IMG/VR virus record: IMGVR_UViG_2541047785_000009
Strand: one strand, 5' to 3'
Length of the DNA: 34,652 nt
Source: a virus
Lineage: Duplodnaviria; Heunggongvirae; Uroviricota; Caudoviricetes
A program made the translations under genes and the position numbers. This document shows, piece by piece, positions 8,561 to 17,510 of this stretch; position 1 is the first letter of the stretch, and every line of letters starts with the position of its first letter. The notes under the pieces are model-generated. The model was not told the origin of the DNA. It saw only the letters and a program-made list of their open reading frames with translations, and did not search any database.

Positions 8561-9781
8561 ATGATTGATTTCATAACTACTAATACAGGGATTGTATTGA
8601 AATATGTTCCAGAAACAGCAGGTACATCTTGGGTTTGGAATGAATTAAAAACTCATTCAACTGTAACAATTTCTAAAGTTTTTTATTTTAATATTAGCGA
8701 TCTGCTCAATCCTCCGTCACCAAATCAAGATTTTGATAGTTATTTTTATGAGTTTCAGTTTGGAACTTTTAGTGGTGATTATATTGTTATACCAAGTTAT
8801 ATTTTAAATATTCAAAATGATTTATATATAAGTAAAGATATCAATCTTAGTAGGAGCGTCTTTGCTGCAGAGCGTAATATTTCTATTTTTGGTCGACTCT
8901 CGCGAATATTGAATCACAGCAATCCAATTTATATTGGCGGGGATTCTGCGGAGGCAATACCTTCTAATGTTTTTAGTGAGTTATTAAGCAAATTTCCTAA
9001 CTCGTACGAAGTAGATAAATATGCCGATGCTAGAGTACATACGATTCTTGAGCAATATTTGGAAGGCATGAAAGATGCCAGAGGCCTCTACGAAACATAT
9101 CTCAATAAAATAGAACCAATTAGAAAAAGTAATCTCGACTTAACAACTATCAAAGAATTAGAAATAGAAAAATACACTTTAATTAGAGATACCATTGAGA
9201 ATGCTTTAAGTACGAAACAGCACTGGTCCGAAAAAGATTGGCAAAAATTGATGGTGCAATTCCTTCTTCTTTTATTTCCAAAGTATATTCATATTATTGA
9301 AAACATTACCATCCATGATTACTACAGCATCCCAGGCGAGAAAAAAGATCGATACATAGATATAGGCTTGGTTGATTCTAATGGTAATTTAGATATTATC
9401 GAAGTTAAAAAGCCATTTGACGACAAGATCTTGCGCAGGACAAAGTATAGAGGAAATAGCATACCAACGTCTGAGCTAAGCGGTGGTATCATGCAAGCTG
9501 AAAAATATCTCTTCCATTTATCAAAATGGGGAACAAAAGGTGAAGACAACCTTACAAAAAAATATGCAAGTGAACTACCCTCTGGTATGAGCATTCATAT
9601 TTCTAACCCCAAGGCTATCATCATAGTTGGACGTGACCAAATTGGTAATGGAAATATGACAGAAAATCAAAAACTTGATTTCGAAATTATCAAGCGGAAG
9701 TATACCAATATGATGGACATCATTACCTACGATGACCTATTGAGACGGCTTAACCGTACAATTTCAGCACTTAAAAAGTAA
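8561..9781 (+). CDS. Cargo gene in Z/fun slot: 406-aa putative PD-(D/E)xK-family nuclease (restriction-endonuclease-like C-terminal domain); candidate anti-phage defence protein
   Basis: AT-rich ORF on the opposite strand to the flanking tail genes; RBS GGAGAGAG 5 nt before the ATG; C-terminal motif RYIDIGLVDSNGNLDIIEVKKP (D267, D272, E281-x-K283) followed by QAEKY (Q312, Y316), matching the hhhD...hhhExK plus QxxxY pattern of PD-(D/E)xK nucleases such as NucS/Hjc and Shedu DUF4263; N-terminal 250 aa has no recognisable motif. Confidence 0.8.
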   Translation: MIDFITTNTGIVLKYVPETAGTSWVWNELKTHSTVTISKVFYFNISDLLNPPSPNQDFDSYFYEFQFGTFSGDYIVIPSYILNIQNDLYISKDINLSRSVFAAERNISIFGRLSRILNHSNPIYIGGDSAEAIPSNVFSELLSKFPNSYEVDKYADARVHTILEQYLEGMKDARGLYETYLNKIEPIRKSNLDLTTIKELEIEKYTLIRDTIENALSTKQHWSEKDWQKLMVQFLLLLFPKYIHIIENITIHDYYSIPGEKKDRYIDIGLVDSNGNLDIIEVKKPFDDKILRRTKYRGNSIPTSELSGGIMQAEKYLFHLSKWGTKGEDNLTKKYASELPSGMSIHISNPKAIIIVGRDQIGNGNMTENQKLDFEIIKRKYTNMMDIITYDDLLRRLNRTISALKK

Positions 9782-9834
9782 GGGCATTTTAGAAACGAAT
9801 GCCTAGTTACAATACGTTAGTATAATTTTGAAAA

Positions 9835-9885
9835 TGTCCGCTACTGGCACAGAGCGGACTGTCAGATTAGGCTTTACTCTGTGCC
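9835..9885. other. Palindromic region between convergent cargo gene and G (possible bidirectional terminator)
   Basis: Alternative stems GTCCGCT/AGCGGAC (9835-9841 / 9853-9859) and GGCACAGAG/CTCTGTGCC (9846-9854 / 9877-9885); no clean T run, so the terminator role is tentative. Confidence 0.3.
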
Positions 9886-9920
9886 ATAGATATGTAAGCT
9901 CCCACCAGAGCTCATACAAC

Positions 9921-10448
9921 TTATTGCGGCATTTCCGGCCATTCAGGATTTGCAGGATCCACACGACTGACCAGAACGCTGTAGCGTTCCCATGCTTCCA
10001 GTCGGCTACGCTCCGCATCTGTTGCCATGTTCAGTCTGACCGCGCGCTCCAGCGGCAAAATCACGGATTCAGCATCTGCAAGAAGTCTGGCTTTCCGAAT
10101 TTCTGCCTGCTTCTGCAATTCCTCTGCCGTATAAATTCGTTTGATCACTGTGCCATCCTTAAACATCCAGTTCCCTGAAATGTCCGCCCGTCGGTTAGCA
10201 GTAATATCCTCCACTTCAACAACACTTAATCCATCCGGTCTGATAGCTGTCACATCCTTTTCCACATAGCGGATGATATTATCTTTGTCGTACGCTATTT
10301 TTATCGTGTCATCAGCAAAATACTTTTGTTGTTCGTACCAGTTCTCACCATCTTCTGAAAAAAACCAGACAACATCAAAGTCCTTTGTCAACTGATATTG
10401 TTCAACCGTTTTTGGATTACCCGCCGTAATATTTTTTAAATGCTGCAT
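9921..10448 (-). CDS. G: Tail fibre assembly chaperone G
   Basis: 175-aa ORF, P2 gpG length and position, immediately downstream of H. Confidence 0.88.
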   Translation of the reverse strand: MQHLKNITAGNPKTVEQYQLTKDFDVVWFFSEDGENWYEQQKYFADDTIKIAYDKDNIIRYVEKDVTAIRPDGLSVVEVEDITANRRADISGNWMFKDGTVIKRIYTAEELQKQAEIRKARLLADAESVILPLERAVRLNMATDAERSRLEAWERYSVLVSRVDPANPEWPEMPQ

Positions 10449-10451
10449 AAA

Positions 10452-12698
10452 TTATACCTGCGCCACGTTATACCATGTCCCGTTAATGTATTTCTGCACC
10501 GGTCTGTAAAATACACCACCAATGTTATCGGCAGAGTTTGAGCCGGTATCCTGAACAATAATACCGGTATATACGCAACCTGACGGAGCCTGATGCGTCC
10601 ATGTAGTACCATTATTTGCTGGTTTATATGTAGATGCACCGCCCAGCCGCATGTCTCTCACATAACGTGAATCTGACTCAGCTTTGGTGTATGCACCAAC
10701 ATCTCCCGCTGAGGGTTTTCGTGTTGTGGTATAGAAATCAGACCAGCCAGATTCAAAACCATAACCATCACGGGCTGACCTGTAAGATATACCGCCATTT
10801 TTATAATTCACACGAAACTGTACAGCCGGGCAGCTACCAGCATTTATATTAAAGTGAAGAATTAATGCAGATGCTCCCCCAATCAGAGCGTTGTATGCGC
10901 CACTGTCCCAATTCCATCCAACGGCTGTATCACCATTAACCGTATTACCTGTCTGCCGAAGTGCAAATGCACCGACATTTCTGGCATTAAGGGTAATATC
11001 TCCAGAACCATCAAAGGCAACACCTGCTATTTTCCTCGGTGTTTCGAGTTTTGAGGCTGTTGCAGCATTTCCTGAAAGGTTGGAAATAAATGGATGTGAG
11101 CAGTAATAACCGCGCCCATTTTTAAAATCCAGAATAGCCTGTGCGTTCGTGCTTTCTGTAGCGGGATTAGTTGCCCCCCACTTATATGTCGTTTGACCGA
11201 CGACATAATCCTCTGTCGGAACAATAACCGTTAGCCCTTCCTCTGCAAGAATTTGCACAGGGAAAGCTCTGGCTTCAACATAAAAAACACTACATACATC
11301 ATCATCTTTCAGGCTTGTAACAATGGAATGGATTGAACGCTCATTGGTCTGATACGTCCAGAAATAACCTGCCGCATATGAACCACGATCAGTCCATCCT
11401 CCGGGCATAACCATGCCATTAAACTCGCAGTTATTCATTACATAATCGCCGTTATAACAACCAGTGGAAATAACGACGCGGGATGCCATTTCTCCTGAAA
11501 GGCTGGCAGCACGGCGAAAGATAACGGGATACCACTTCCCGGCAACGACATTTGCAGGGGCTGCAAACGAATACTTTCGCATTCCCTTTTTCTTATCCAC
11601 TTCACCTTTGCTGTAAACATTAATGTTACTCAGGAAGCGTTCTTTATCAGGAATATCCGCACCGTTCTGATCTTTCTGAAGACGTTTTTCAGCATTGTCA
11701 TTGGCAGACTTCACCGCTTTTGGTGTTGCGGCCAGCGTTTCAGAATCACTGTTGGTGGCGCTACTTAGCTGGACAAGACCTTTTCGCGCTGTGGTGGCAT
11801 CCTGTGCAGTGTATTTCCCGTTAGCAAGGTCATACGCTGTCTTAACCGCCTTTGGCGTTGCGGCCAGCGTTTCAGAATCGCTGTTGGTGGCACTACTGAG
11901 CTGAACAAGGCCTTTTCGCGCGGTGGTGGCATCCTGTGCAGTGTATTTCCCGTTAGCAAGGTCATATGCTGCTTTTACCGCTTTTGGCGTTGCGGCGAGC
12001 GTTTCAGACGTGCTGTTAGTCGCACTACTGAGCTGAACAAGGCCTTTTCGCGCGGTGGTGGCGTCCTGTGCAGTATATTTCCCGTTAGCAAGGTCATAGG
12101 CGGTCTTTACCGCTTTCGGCGTTGCAGCCAGTGTTTCAGACGTGCTGTTGGTCGCACTGCTTAACTGAGTAAAACCTTTTGCGGTCAGCGAGGCGTCAGG
12201 GTGACGTCGTGACTGTTCATGCTCTGCAATTTTGTCATCAACGTAATCCTGCGTCGCCATCACCGTTGTGGTGTCAATGGTCAGCTCCACTGAGGCCACA
12301 CTGCTGACGATGATGACCATGCGGCAGGTCTGCGAACGCCCTGAGCCTTCGGCAAGAGCTGGCTTATAACTTTCGGCCATGTTCGCCACGGCAATTAACG
12401 TTCCCGCATCATCGTACAGGCCAAGCTCACGCATCCAGAAACCGCCCACCTCCGGCGGAATAACCAGCTCTGCGATAATATAATTACTGTTTCGTTTGTC
12501 CTGGCTGATTTTGTTCAGCGCATGTCGCCAGACTTCATGGATAAGCCCGGTCTGTCCGGCATCCGGGACAGACAATTTACCACCGCCATCCCCGACGGCC
12601 ATCGTGGTAATGTTGACCTTCCGCCCTCCCGGTGCGGTTGCCGCTGCCAGCTTTGCTGCACCGGCAGTGGTGATAACGGTTCTGAATTTTGTGCTCAT
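10452..12698 (-). CDS. H: Tail fibre protein H (748 aa, with internal 44-aa tandem repeats)
   Basis: N-terminus MSTKFRTVITTAGAAKLAAATAPGG is P2 gpH-like; contains about 3.7 copies of KGLVQLSSATNSTSETLAATPKAVKxAYDLANGKYTAQDATTAR; longer than P2 gpH as I recall it (about 669 aa). Confidence 0.9.
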   Translation of the reverse strand: MSTKFRTVITTAGAAKLAAATAPGGRKVNITTMAVGDGGGKLSVPDAGQTGLIHEVWRHALNKISQDKRNSNYIIAELVIPPEVGGFWMRELGLYDDAGTLIAVANMAESYKPALAEGSGRSQTCRMVIIVSSVASVELTIDTTTVMATQDYVDDKIAEHEQSRRHPDASLTAKGFTQLSSATNSTSETLAATPKAVKTAYDLANGKYTAQDATTARKGLVQLSSATNSTSETLAATPKAVKAAYDLANGKYTAQDATTARKGLVQLSSATNSDSETLAATPKAVKTAYDLANGKYTAQDATTARKGLVQLSSATNSDSETLAATPKAVKSANDNAEKRLQKDQNGADIPDKERFLSNINVYSKGEVDKKKGMRKYSFAAPANVVAGKWYPVIFRRAASLSGEMASRVVISTGCYNGDYVMNNCEFNGMVMPGGWTDRGSYAAGYFWTYQTNERSIHSIVTSLKDDDVCSVFYVEARAFPVQILAEEGLTVIVPTEDYVVGQTTYKWGATNPATESTNAQAILDFKNGRGYYCSHPFISNLSGNAATASKLETPRKIAGVAFDGSGDITLNARNVGAFALRQTGNTVNGDTAVGWNWDSGAYNALIGGASALILHFNINAGSCPAVQFRVNYKNGGISYRSARDGYGFESGWSDFYTTTRKPSAGDVGAYTKAESDSRYVRDMRLGGASTYKPANNGTTWTHQAPSGCVYTGIIVQDTGSNSADNIGGVFYRPVQKYINGTWYNVAQV
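11703..12188. repeat. Tandem 132-bp direct repeats (about 3.7 copies) inside H
   Basis: Near-identical 132-nt units visible in lines 11701-12180; in frame and encoding the 44-aa SSATNS...TPKAVK...YDLANGKYTAQDATTAR repeat. Confidence 0.8.
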
Positions 12699-12708
12699 TA
12701 TTCCTCAC

Positions 12709-13239
12709 TTATCCGGGGTAAACCGTAATTACATCGCCGTCATAAGCCACACCACCGGCGAACAGGTAGCCGGGAATGTCCCGGGTAATGTTCAGGCCAA
12801 TAAGGTGGCGGCTTGCAGGTTTGGCATCAGCAATCAGCCGTTCCATTTCCTGATACATTGCCTCTGTGATACCGCTTTCCAGTACACCAATATCAAGCCG
12901 GAAGGAGCCGGGCGGGTCACTGTTTTCCCACCACTCCGTCACGTTGATGAGATAGCCCAGCGGCTCCACCACACGCCGGATTGCACCTATAGTGCCTTTA
13001 TGACAGTGGATGAAATAGGCATCGCGAATAACGGCGCGTTTGGTCGCTTCCGGCCACTTTTCATCCCATCTGTCGACCGAAAACGCCCACGCCAGCCACG
13101 GCAGCAGATTTGCCGGGCAGGTGTCCGGGTTCCACAGCTCACGAATACTGACCGGCGTTTTTTCAATTTCCGCACAGGCTTTTGCAGCGGCGACTTCAAG
13201 CGGTGATGAGCCGGTCGGCAGCAGTCGCGAATCACTCAT
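12709..13239 (-). CDS. I: Baseplate protein I
   Basis: 176-aa ORF, P2 gpI length and position. Confidence 0.88.
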   Translation of the reverse strand: MSDSRLLPTGSSPLEVAAAKACAEIEKTPVSIRELWNPDTCPANLLPWLAWAFSVDRWDEKWPEATKRAVIRDAYFIHCHKGTIGAIRRVVEPLGYLINVTEWWENSDPPGSFRLDIGVLESGITEAMYQEMERLIADAKPASRHLIGLNITRDIPGYLFAGGVAYDGDVITVYPG

Positions 13240-14140
13240 CCGAGCCTCCGGTCACGACGCGGTATTCGGTACAGAAAGACGCCTGCGTACTGTTGAGCAC
13301 GATGTCGGCCAGTGGTGCCGCCAGCTCGACACGCTGCACGCCCTCCACATGCAAAGCGGCATAAATGGCAGACAGACGGATGTCGCGCCCCAGCCGGTGC
13401 TGTGCCGTGATGTACGCTTCCAGTTTTTTCACGGCGGCAGCGCGTATGGGTTCGCTTTCGGGACCAGGGTAAAGGTAAAGCGTAGCGTTTATCTGGTATT
13501 CAACGATGGCGGCAGACTGCACGGTCACGCGGTCGGCCACCGGCCTGACGTCCTCGCCATTCAGGGCGTTACGCACCACCGCCAGCAGGTCTTCGGATGC
13601 GACACCGTTATTCTCACGTGACAGCACAGAGATGGTGACGCAGGCCGGAGACGGACTGGTGACAGAGATATCCGCGACACGCCCGTCAGCACTGCGACCA
13701 TGATACTGATAGGCACCCACCGACCCGGCGACGCTTAAACCTTCAAACGCCTGCTGAATACGCAGACGATAATCCGTGTCAGATTCCATCACTGCCGGTG
13801 TCGGCGGGATGGTCGAATCATCTGCCGGGGTGATAATCAGGCGCGTGGTGTTGTAATTGGCACCAATCACATCAAGGTCATTACCGGCTGCACAGGCCAG
13901 CATCACCGCCCGTGCGGCCTCATTCACACGCTGACGCCAGATAAGCTCGCGATAAGCATTTTCCTCCAGCAGTTTGACGAGAGGCTCGGATTCCAGCGTC
14001 AGGGTACGGGCGACCGCCTCCTGCTGGTCTTCCGGGTAAAGGGAAATCAGTGTCGCCTTGCGTTCGGCAAGAATGGTTTCAAAGTCCAGCTCCTCGAGCA
14101 CATCCGGTGCGGGTAGCTGGTTCAGGTCGATAATCGGCAT
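13232..14140 (-). CDS. J: Baseplate assembly protein J
   Basis: 302-aa ORF, P2 gpJ length and position; overlaps the I start by 8 nt. Confidence 0.9.
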   Translation of the reverse strand: MPIIDLNQLPAPDVLEELDFETILAERKATLISLYPEDQQEAVARTLTLESEPLVKLLEENAYRELIWRQRVNEAARAVMLACAAGNDLDVIGANYNTTRLIITPADDSTIPPTPAVMESDTDYRLRIQQAFEGLSVAGSVGAYQYHGRSADGRVADISVTSPSPACVTISVLSRENNGVASEDLLAVVRNALNGEDVRPVADRVTVQSAAIVEYQINATLYLYPGPESEPIRAAAVKKLEAYITAQHRLGRDIRLSAIYAALHVEGVQRVELAAPLADIVLNSTQASFCTEYRVVTGGSDE

Positions 14141-14144
14141 GGTT

Positions 14145-14492
14145 TCAACTCACAGGGATGGTTAACGAAAGTGACTGGCCGGTGTCGTTGTGCTGGCCGG
14201 TTAACGTGACCGTCATTCGCCCGTCAAAGCTGCGTGCCGTGGTGACGGATGACAGGGTGACGCGGGGTTCCCATTTCAGCACCGCCATGTAACAGGCGAC
14301 CTTAATCTGCAACTCAAGCGCCGGGGTCTGCGGCTGGTCAATCATTGATGCCAGCAACGAGCCGTAATCACGACGCATCACCCGTGAGCCAACCGGCGTG
14401 CGCAGGATATCGCCGATACTCTGGCTGATATGTTCAAGGTCAGTGACAGTCAGGCCATCACTGCGATTCATTCCGAGATAACGTGCTGTCAT
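14145..14492 (-). CDS. W: Baseplate protein W
   Basis: 115-aa ORF, P2 gpW length and position. Confidence 0.9.
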   Translation of the reverse strand: MTARYLGMNRSDGLTVTDLEHISQSIGDILRTPVGSRVMRRDYGSLLASMIDQPQTPALELQIKVACYMAVLKWEPRVTLSSVTTARSFDGRMTVTLTGQHNDTGQSLSLTIPVS

Positions 14493-15124
14493 AGAGGACT
14501 CCCGGTTGTGCCGCCGCTGTCTCCTGGGTGTTTATGGGTATGCAGTACCTTACCGTTTGATGAGAGTTCACCGCCGGTGTGTTCAATGTTGCCGCGCATC
14601 GTCCCGCCCTTCTGCACTTCCAGCGTGCCGGTAATCAGCCTGTTGGTGCAGACCACCTCCGGTGTGTCCAGGGTGACGCGGGTTGATGCTTTCACCATGA
14701 CCACCGGCACCGTGGCAGTAACAGAATCAGAAGCCGTCACGCTGGCCGTTTTAATTCCGCTTACCGTAAGTGCACTGGTTTCGGGTTCATACTCAATCAC
14801 CGCCCCGTCAGGGAAACGGATATGCAGGGCATCCGCCGACGCAGACGGCGCGGGGTTATCGCCGGAATAAATCCCCGGCAGAACGAATGCCGTGTCGAGT
14901 TCACCGCCCACGGACAGAATCAGCACCTGTTCCCCCACGGAAGGTGCCCACCATGTGCGCGAACGACCGGCGCGATAGGTCAGCCACTGAAGCCAGTCGG
15001 TGCACATGCCGCCGGTCTGCACACGGCAGCGACCGGTGTTAAGGTCGGTTTCGACGATAATGCCGGTGCGAATCATGTTGCGCAGTGCGCGCGCGAGTTC
15101 CTGAATATTTGCGAGAGTGTTCAT
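14489..15124 (-). CDS. V: Baseplate spike protein V
   Basis: Track ORF 14489..15142; P2 gpV-like N-terminus MNTLANIQELARALRNMIRTG begins at the internal ATG 15124..15122, giving 211 aa. Confidence 0.85.
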   Translation of the reverse strand: MNTLANIQELARALRNMIRTGIIVETDLNTGRCRVQTGGMCTDWLQWLTYRAGRSRTWWAPSVGEQVLILSVGGELDTAFVLPGIYSGDNPAPSASADALHIRFPDGAVIEYEPETSALTVSGIKTASVTASDSVTATVPVVMVKASTRVTLDTPEVVCTNRLITGTLEVQKGGTMRGNIEHTGGELSSNGKVLHTHKHPGDSGGTTGSPL

Positions 15125-15207
15125 GCATGTGAGATTGCACAATATATAAAAGTTATGCTATCTGGATTCATTTGTAGAACGACCATACAACATTCGAGGA
15201 GAGCGTA

Positions 15208-15993
15208 ATGTTCAGTGATAATGTGACTAATGCGTGGTGGTTTATCTCTTTGTATCTATTTTTATTAATAGCATTAACATTTGTTACCTTTGGTAAAAGT
15301 AATCTTATGAGGTTTATTGCACATCATTTCAATCTTGAGTATTCAGACAGAAAGTTAAAAATGCTCGACAAAAAATGGCGCGACATTCAACTATTTAAAA
15401 TAATTAACGGAATCAATGTATCAGGCATCGAAGATGTGAGAATGATACAGCAGGGGCTGATTGATGGAAAACTAAAAACATCGTATTTTTTCCTTACTCG
15501 CATCTGGGGTGACATAACAAAACCACCACACATAATTAAAACAATAATTGTAATTCTGGCCAGTATTTTTTACATTCTCCTCGCATGTTACATACACAAC
15601 GAACAATCCGTTATAGTAAGGGATGCCATAGGCATACCATATAAAAACATGATGTACTATGTTTATAGTGACAAAGTTCTTTTATCCTTCAAAAATAAAG
15701 CAGTTGAATTTAATAAAACTTATAGCCTTGCCGATTGCAAGAGACTGCAAAACGTATTTATAAAAGACACACTTCCTGAAATCGCCTGCAATAAGCTCTT
15801 ACAGCTAAACGAGGAGGACTCCGAATGGTTAAGTCAGGAGATTAAAGATAATAACAGTCACAAAAAAGCATTATTAATACTATCCCTCGTCTATTTCACT
15901 TCAGGTCTGGTTATATTCCTGTCATATACAAAATTCTTTTACGCCAATAAGAAGGTTTTAGAATACAAAGCATCAAATAAAAATCACTCATAA
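15208..15993 (+). CDS. Cargo gene in V-S (orf30) slot: 261-aa predicted integral membrane protein with 3 TM helices, unknown function
   Basis: AT-rich ORF on the opposite strand to the late genes; RBS GAGGAGAG before the ATG at 15208; hydrophobic segments at about aa 9-29, 116-140 and 232-251; no enzymatic motif recognised. Confidence 0.75.
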   Translation: MFSDNVTNAWWFISLYLFLLIALTFVTFGKSNLMRFIAHHFNLEYSDRKLKMLDKKWRDIQLFKIINGINVSGIEDVRMIQQGLIDGKLKTSYFFLTRIWGDITKPPHIIKTIIVILASIFYILLACYIHNEQSVIVRDAIGIPYKNMMYYVYSDKVLLSFKNKAVEFNKTYSLADCKRLQNVFIKDTLPEIACNKLLQLNEEDSEWLSQEIKDNNSHKKALLILSLVYFTSGLVIFLSYTKFFYANKKVLEYKASNKNHS

Positions 15994-15999
15994 ACCTCT

Positions 16000-16034
16000 A
16001 AACATTGAGCGACCAGCATGGCCGCTCAATGTTT
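16000..16034. terminator. Perfect 12-bp-stem hairpin between cargo gene and S (likely bidirectional terminator)
   Basis: AAACATTGAGCG (16000-16011), 11-nt loop, CGCTCAATGTTT (16023-16034); 7 nt after the cargo-gene stop and about 30 nt after the S stop on the other strand. Confidence 0.5.
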
Positions 16035-16064
16035 AATTGCGCATCAGCCTCTGCCTGGATAAAA

Positions 16065-16517
16065 CTAACGCTCAAGGTGAGCCAGGATAATCTCTTCAAT
16101 CATCTGCACATCCTCACTGGTAAAGCCGAGCAGAGGACGCGCCGGATAATCAATTTTCTTACCGTCTTTCCGGTTTTCTTCCGACAGACCGAACTGATGC
16201 ACGCTGGCGATTTTCGGTGACTTCCCGCCGTAAAACTCCATTGATGCCTGTTCCGGGCTGGCGCGGATATGCAAAAAACGACTGGTGATAAGTTTCGCAA
16301 ACATTTTTCGCTTAACACGACCAGCCTTTTTTCTGGCGCTCTGCTGCTGGCGTGGCGCGTAGGGTGTGCCGTCCGGGGCTTTCTGAGCCATCACCCGACG
16401 CTGCTGACTCTGCCGCAGACGTTTCGCCAGTTCGGCGCTCAGTCGCCGACGCCCTGACGGTGACAGCGATTCAATCAGTCCGGTCAGCCGGTCTTCAAAA
16501 CGCTTAAACTCATTCAT
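16065..16517 (-). CDS. S: Tail completion protein S
   Basis: 150-aa ORF, P2 gpS length and position. Confidence 0.88.
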   Translation of the reverse strand: MNEFKRFEDRLTGLIESLSPSGRRRLSAELAKRLRQSQQRRVMAQKAPDGTPYAPRQQQSARKKAGRVKRKMFAKLITSRFLHIRASPEQASMEFYGGKSPKIASVHQFGLSEENRKDGKKIDYPARPLLGFTSEDVQMIEEIILAHLER

Positions 16518-16977
16518 CCCACTTGCTCACCAGTTCGCCATTGATATAAAGCTCCACCGGGCGGGTGACCGGCTCCGGCGGCGTGGGTTCCGGGATATTC
16601 TTCACATGCAGTGCGCCGTCCACCTCACTGACCAGCGTGCGCTCGGTCAGCATCAGGCTGATGCTGATATCAAAGCTGCTGTCATTGTTGATGTCTGCAT
16701 AAAACGTGAAGCCCTTTTTCTGGCCTGCGTCGGTGGTCATGATGTCGGGCTGATTTTCCCGCAGCCACGCCAGCACCGGCACGATGAGCAGGTCAAAATC
16801 ACCGGTAAAGTCGGTCACAATCACATTGAGCGTGTAACGCTTTTCGAATGACAACGACGTCGCCAGCGTGGAGGCAATACTCCCGTTATCAACGAATATC
16901 CGCAGCATCTCGGGACTGGTTTTCAGCACCGTGACGGCATCAGTCAGCGCCCTGCGCAGGCTGTCGGGTTTGAGCAT
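16510..16977 (-). CDS. R: Tail completion protein R
   Basis: 155-aa ORF, P2 gpR length and position. Confidence 0.88.
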   Translation of the reverse strand: MLKPDSLRRALTDAVTVLKTSPEMLRIFVDNGSIASTLATSLSFEKRYTLNVIVTDFTGDFDLLIVPVLAWLRENQPDIMTTDAGQKKGFTFYADINNDSSFDISISLMLTERTLVSEVDGALHVKNIPEPTPPEPVTRPVELYINGELVSKWDE

Positions 16978-17230
16978 CGTTTTCGTCCTGACAGTGTTTA
17001 ATCATTTTTACCTGGCTGGCACAGCGTGCCAGCGCGTTCTCAAGCTGTCGGATATCAGCACTTAAATCGCCGTTCGTCTGCGGGTCACTGCCCGGCATCG
17101 GGCAAAGGCTCACTTTCGGGCAGGCGTTGGCGACAATCACTGGCGTCAGTGCAGGCCGGGCGCTGGTGCAACCGGCGCACAGCATCAGGCAGGCCAGCGC
17201 CGTACCAGCGGCGAAAATCTTCGTTTTCAT
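16940..17230 (-). CDS. lysC: LysC, Rz1-like outer-membrane lipoprotein spanin, embedded out of frame in lysB and overlapping R
   Basis: 96-aa ORF MKTKIFAAGTALACLMLCAGC... with lipobox L-C-A-G-C and a Pro-rich mature region; ATG at 17230..17228; overlaps the lysB 3' end and R 5' end in another frame, as in P2. Confidence 0.8.
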   Translation of the reverse strand: MKTKIFAAGTALACLMLCAGCTSARPALTPVIVANACPKVSLCPMPGSDPQTNGDLSADIRQLENALARCASQVKMIKHCQDENDAQTRQPAQGAD

Positions 17231-17510
17231 TCAGTAACCTCGTGATGGTTTTCTCGCGCTGTGCTTCACGCTTCGCGGCGTTCTCCAGTTCCTGACGCAG
17301 TGCCACCTGCGCCAGCTCGTTTTTGTCTGCCCTGGTGATGGCAACATGAAGCTGATTTTTCAGCATGGTGATGGTCGTCTGCTGCCCGCTGGCGACGTTA
17401 TTCGCCCTGTCCAGCGAGGCGCGCAGGCTGGCATTTTTGTGTTTCACCAGAAACAGACCGGTCACCGCCAGCGATAACAACACGACCAGCACAATCATCA
17501 GCTTTGACAT
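17085..17510 (-). CDS. lysB: LysB, Rz-like inner-membrane spanin
   Basis: 141-aa ORF with N-terminal TM helix then charged coiled-coil region; P2 LysB length. Confidence 0.88.
   Translation of the reverse strand: MSKLMIVLVVLLSLAVTGLFLVKHKNASLRASLDRANNVASGQQTTITMLKNQLHVAITRADKNELAQVALRQELENAAKREAQREKTITRLLNENEDFRRWYGAGLPDAVRRLHQRPACTDASDCRQRLPESEPLPDAGQ

Noticed and set aside
11703-12188. Repeat array considered as a possible CRISPR or other non-coding array
   Set aside because: Units are 132 bp, contiguous with no spacers, in frame within H, and encode a repeated peptide; no cas genes in the window
12496-13206. 236-aa plus-strand ORF overlapping H and I
   Set aside because: Antisense to the conserved tail-fibre and baseplate genes; no independent support
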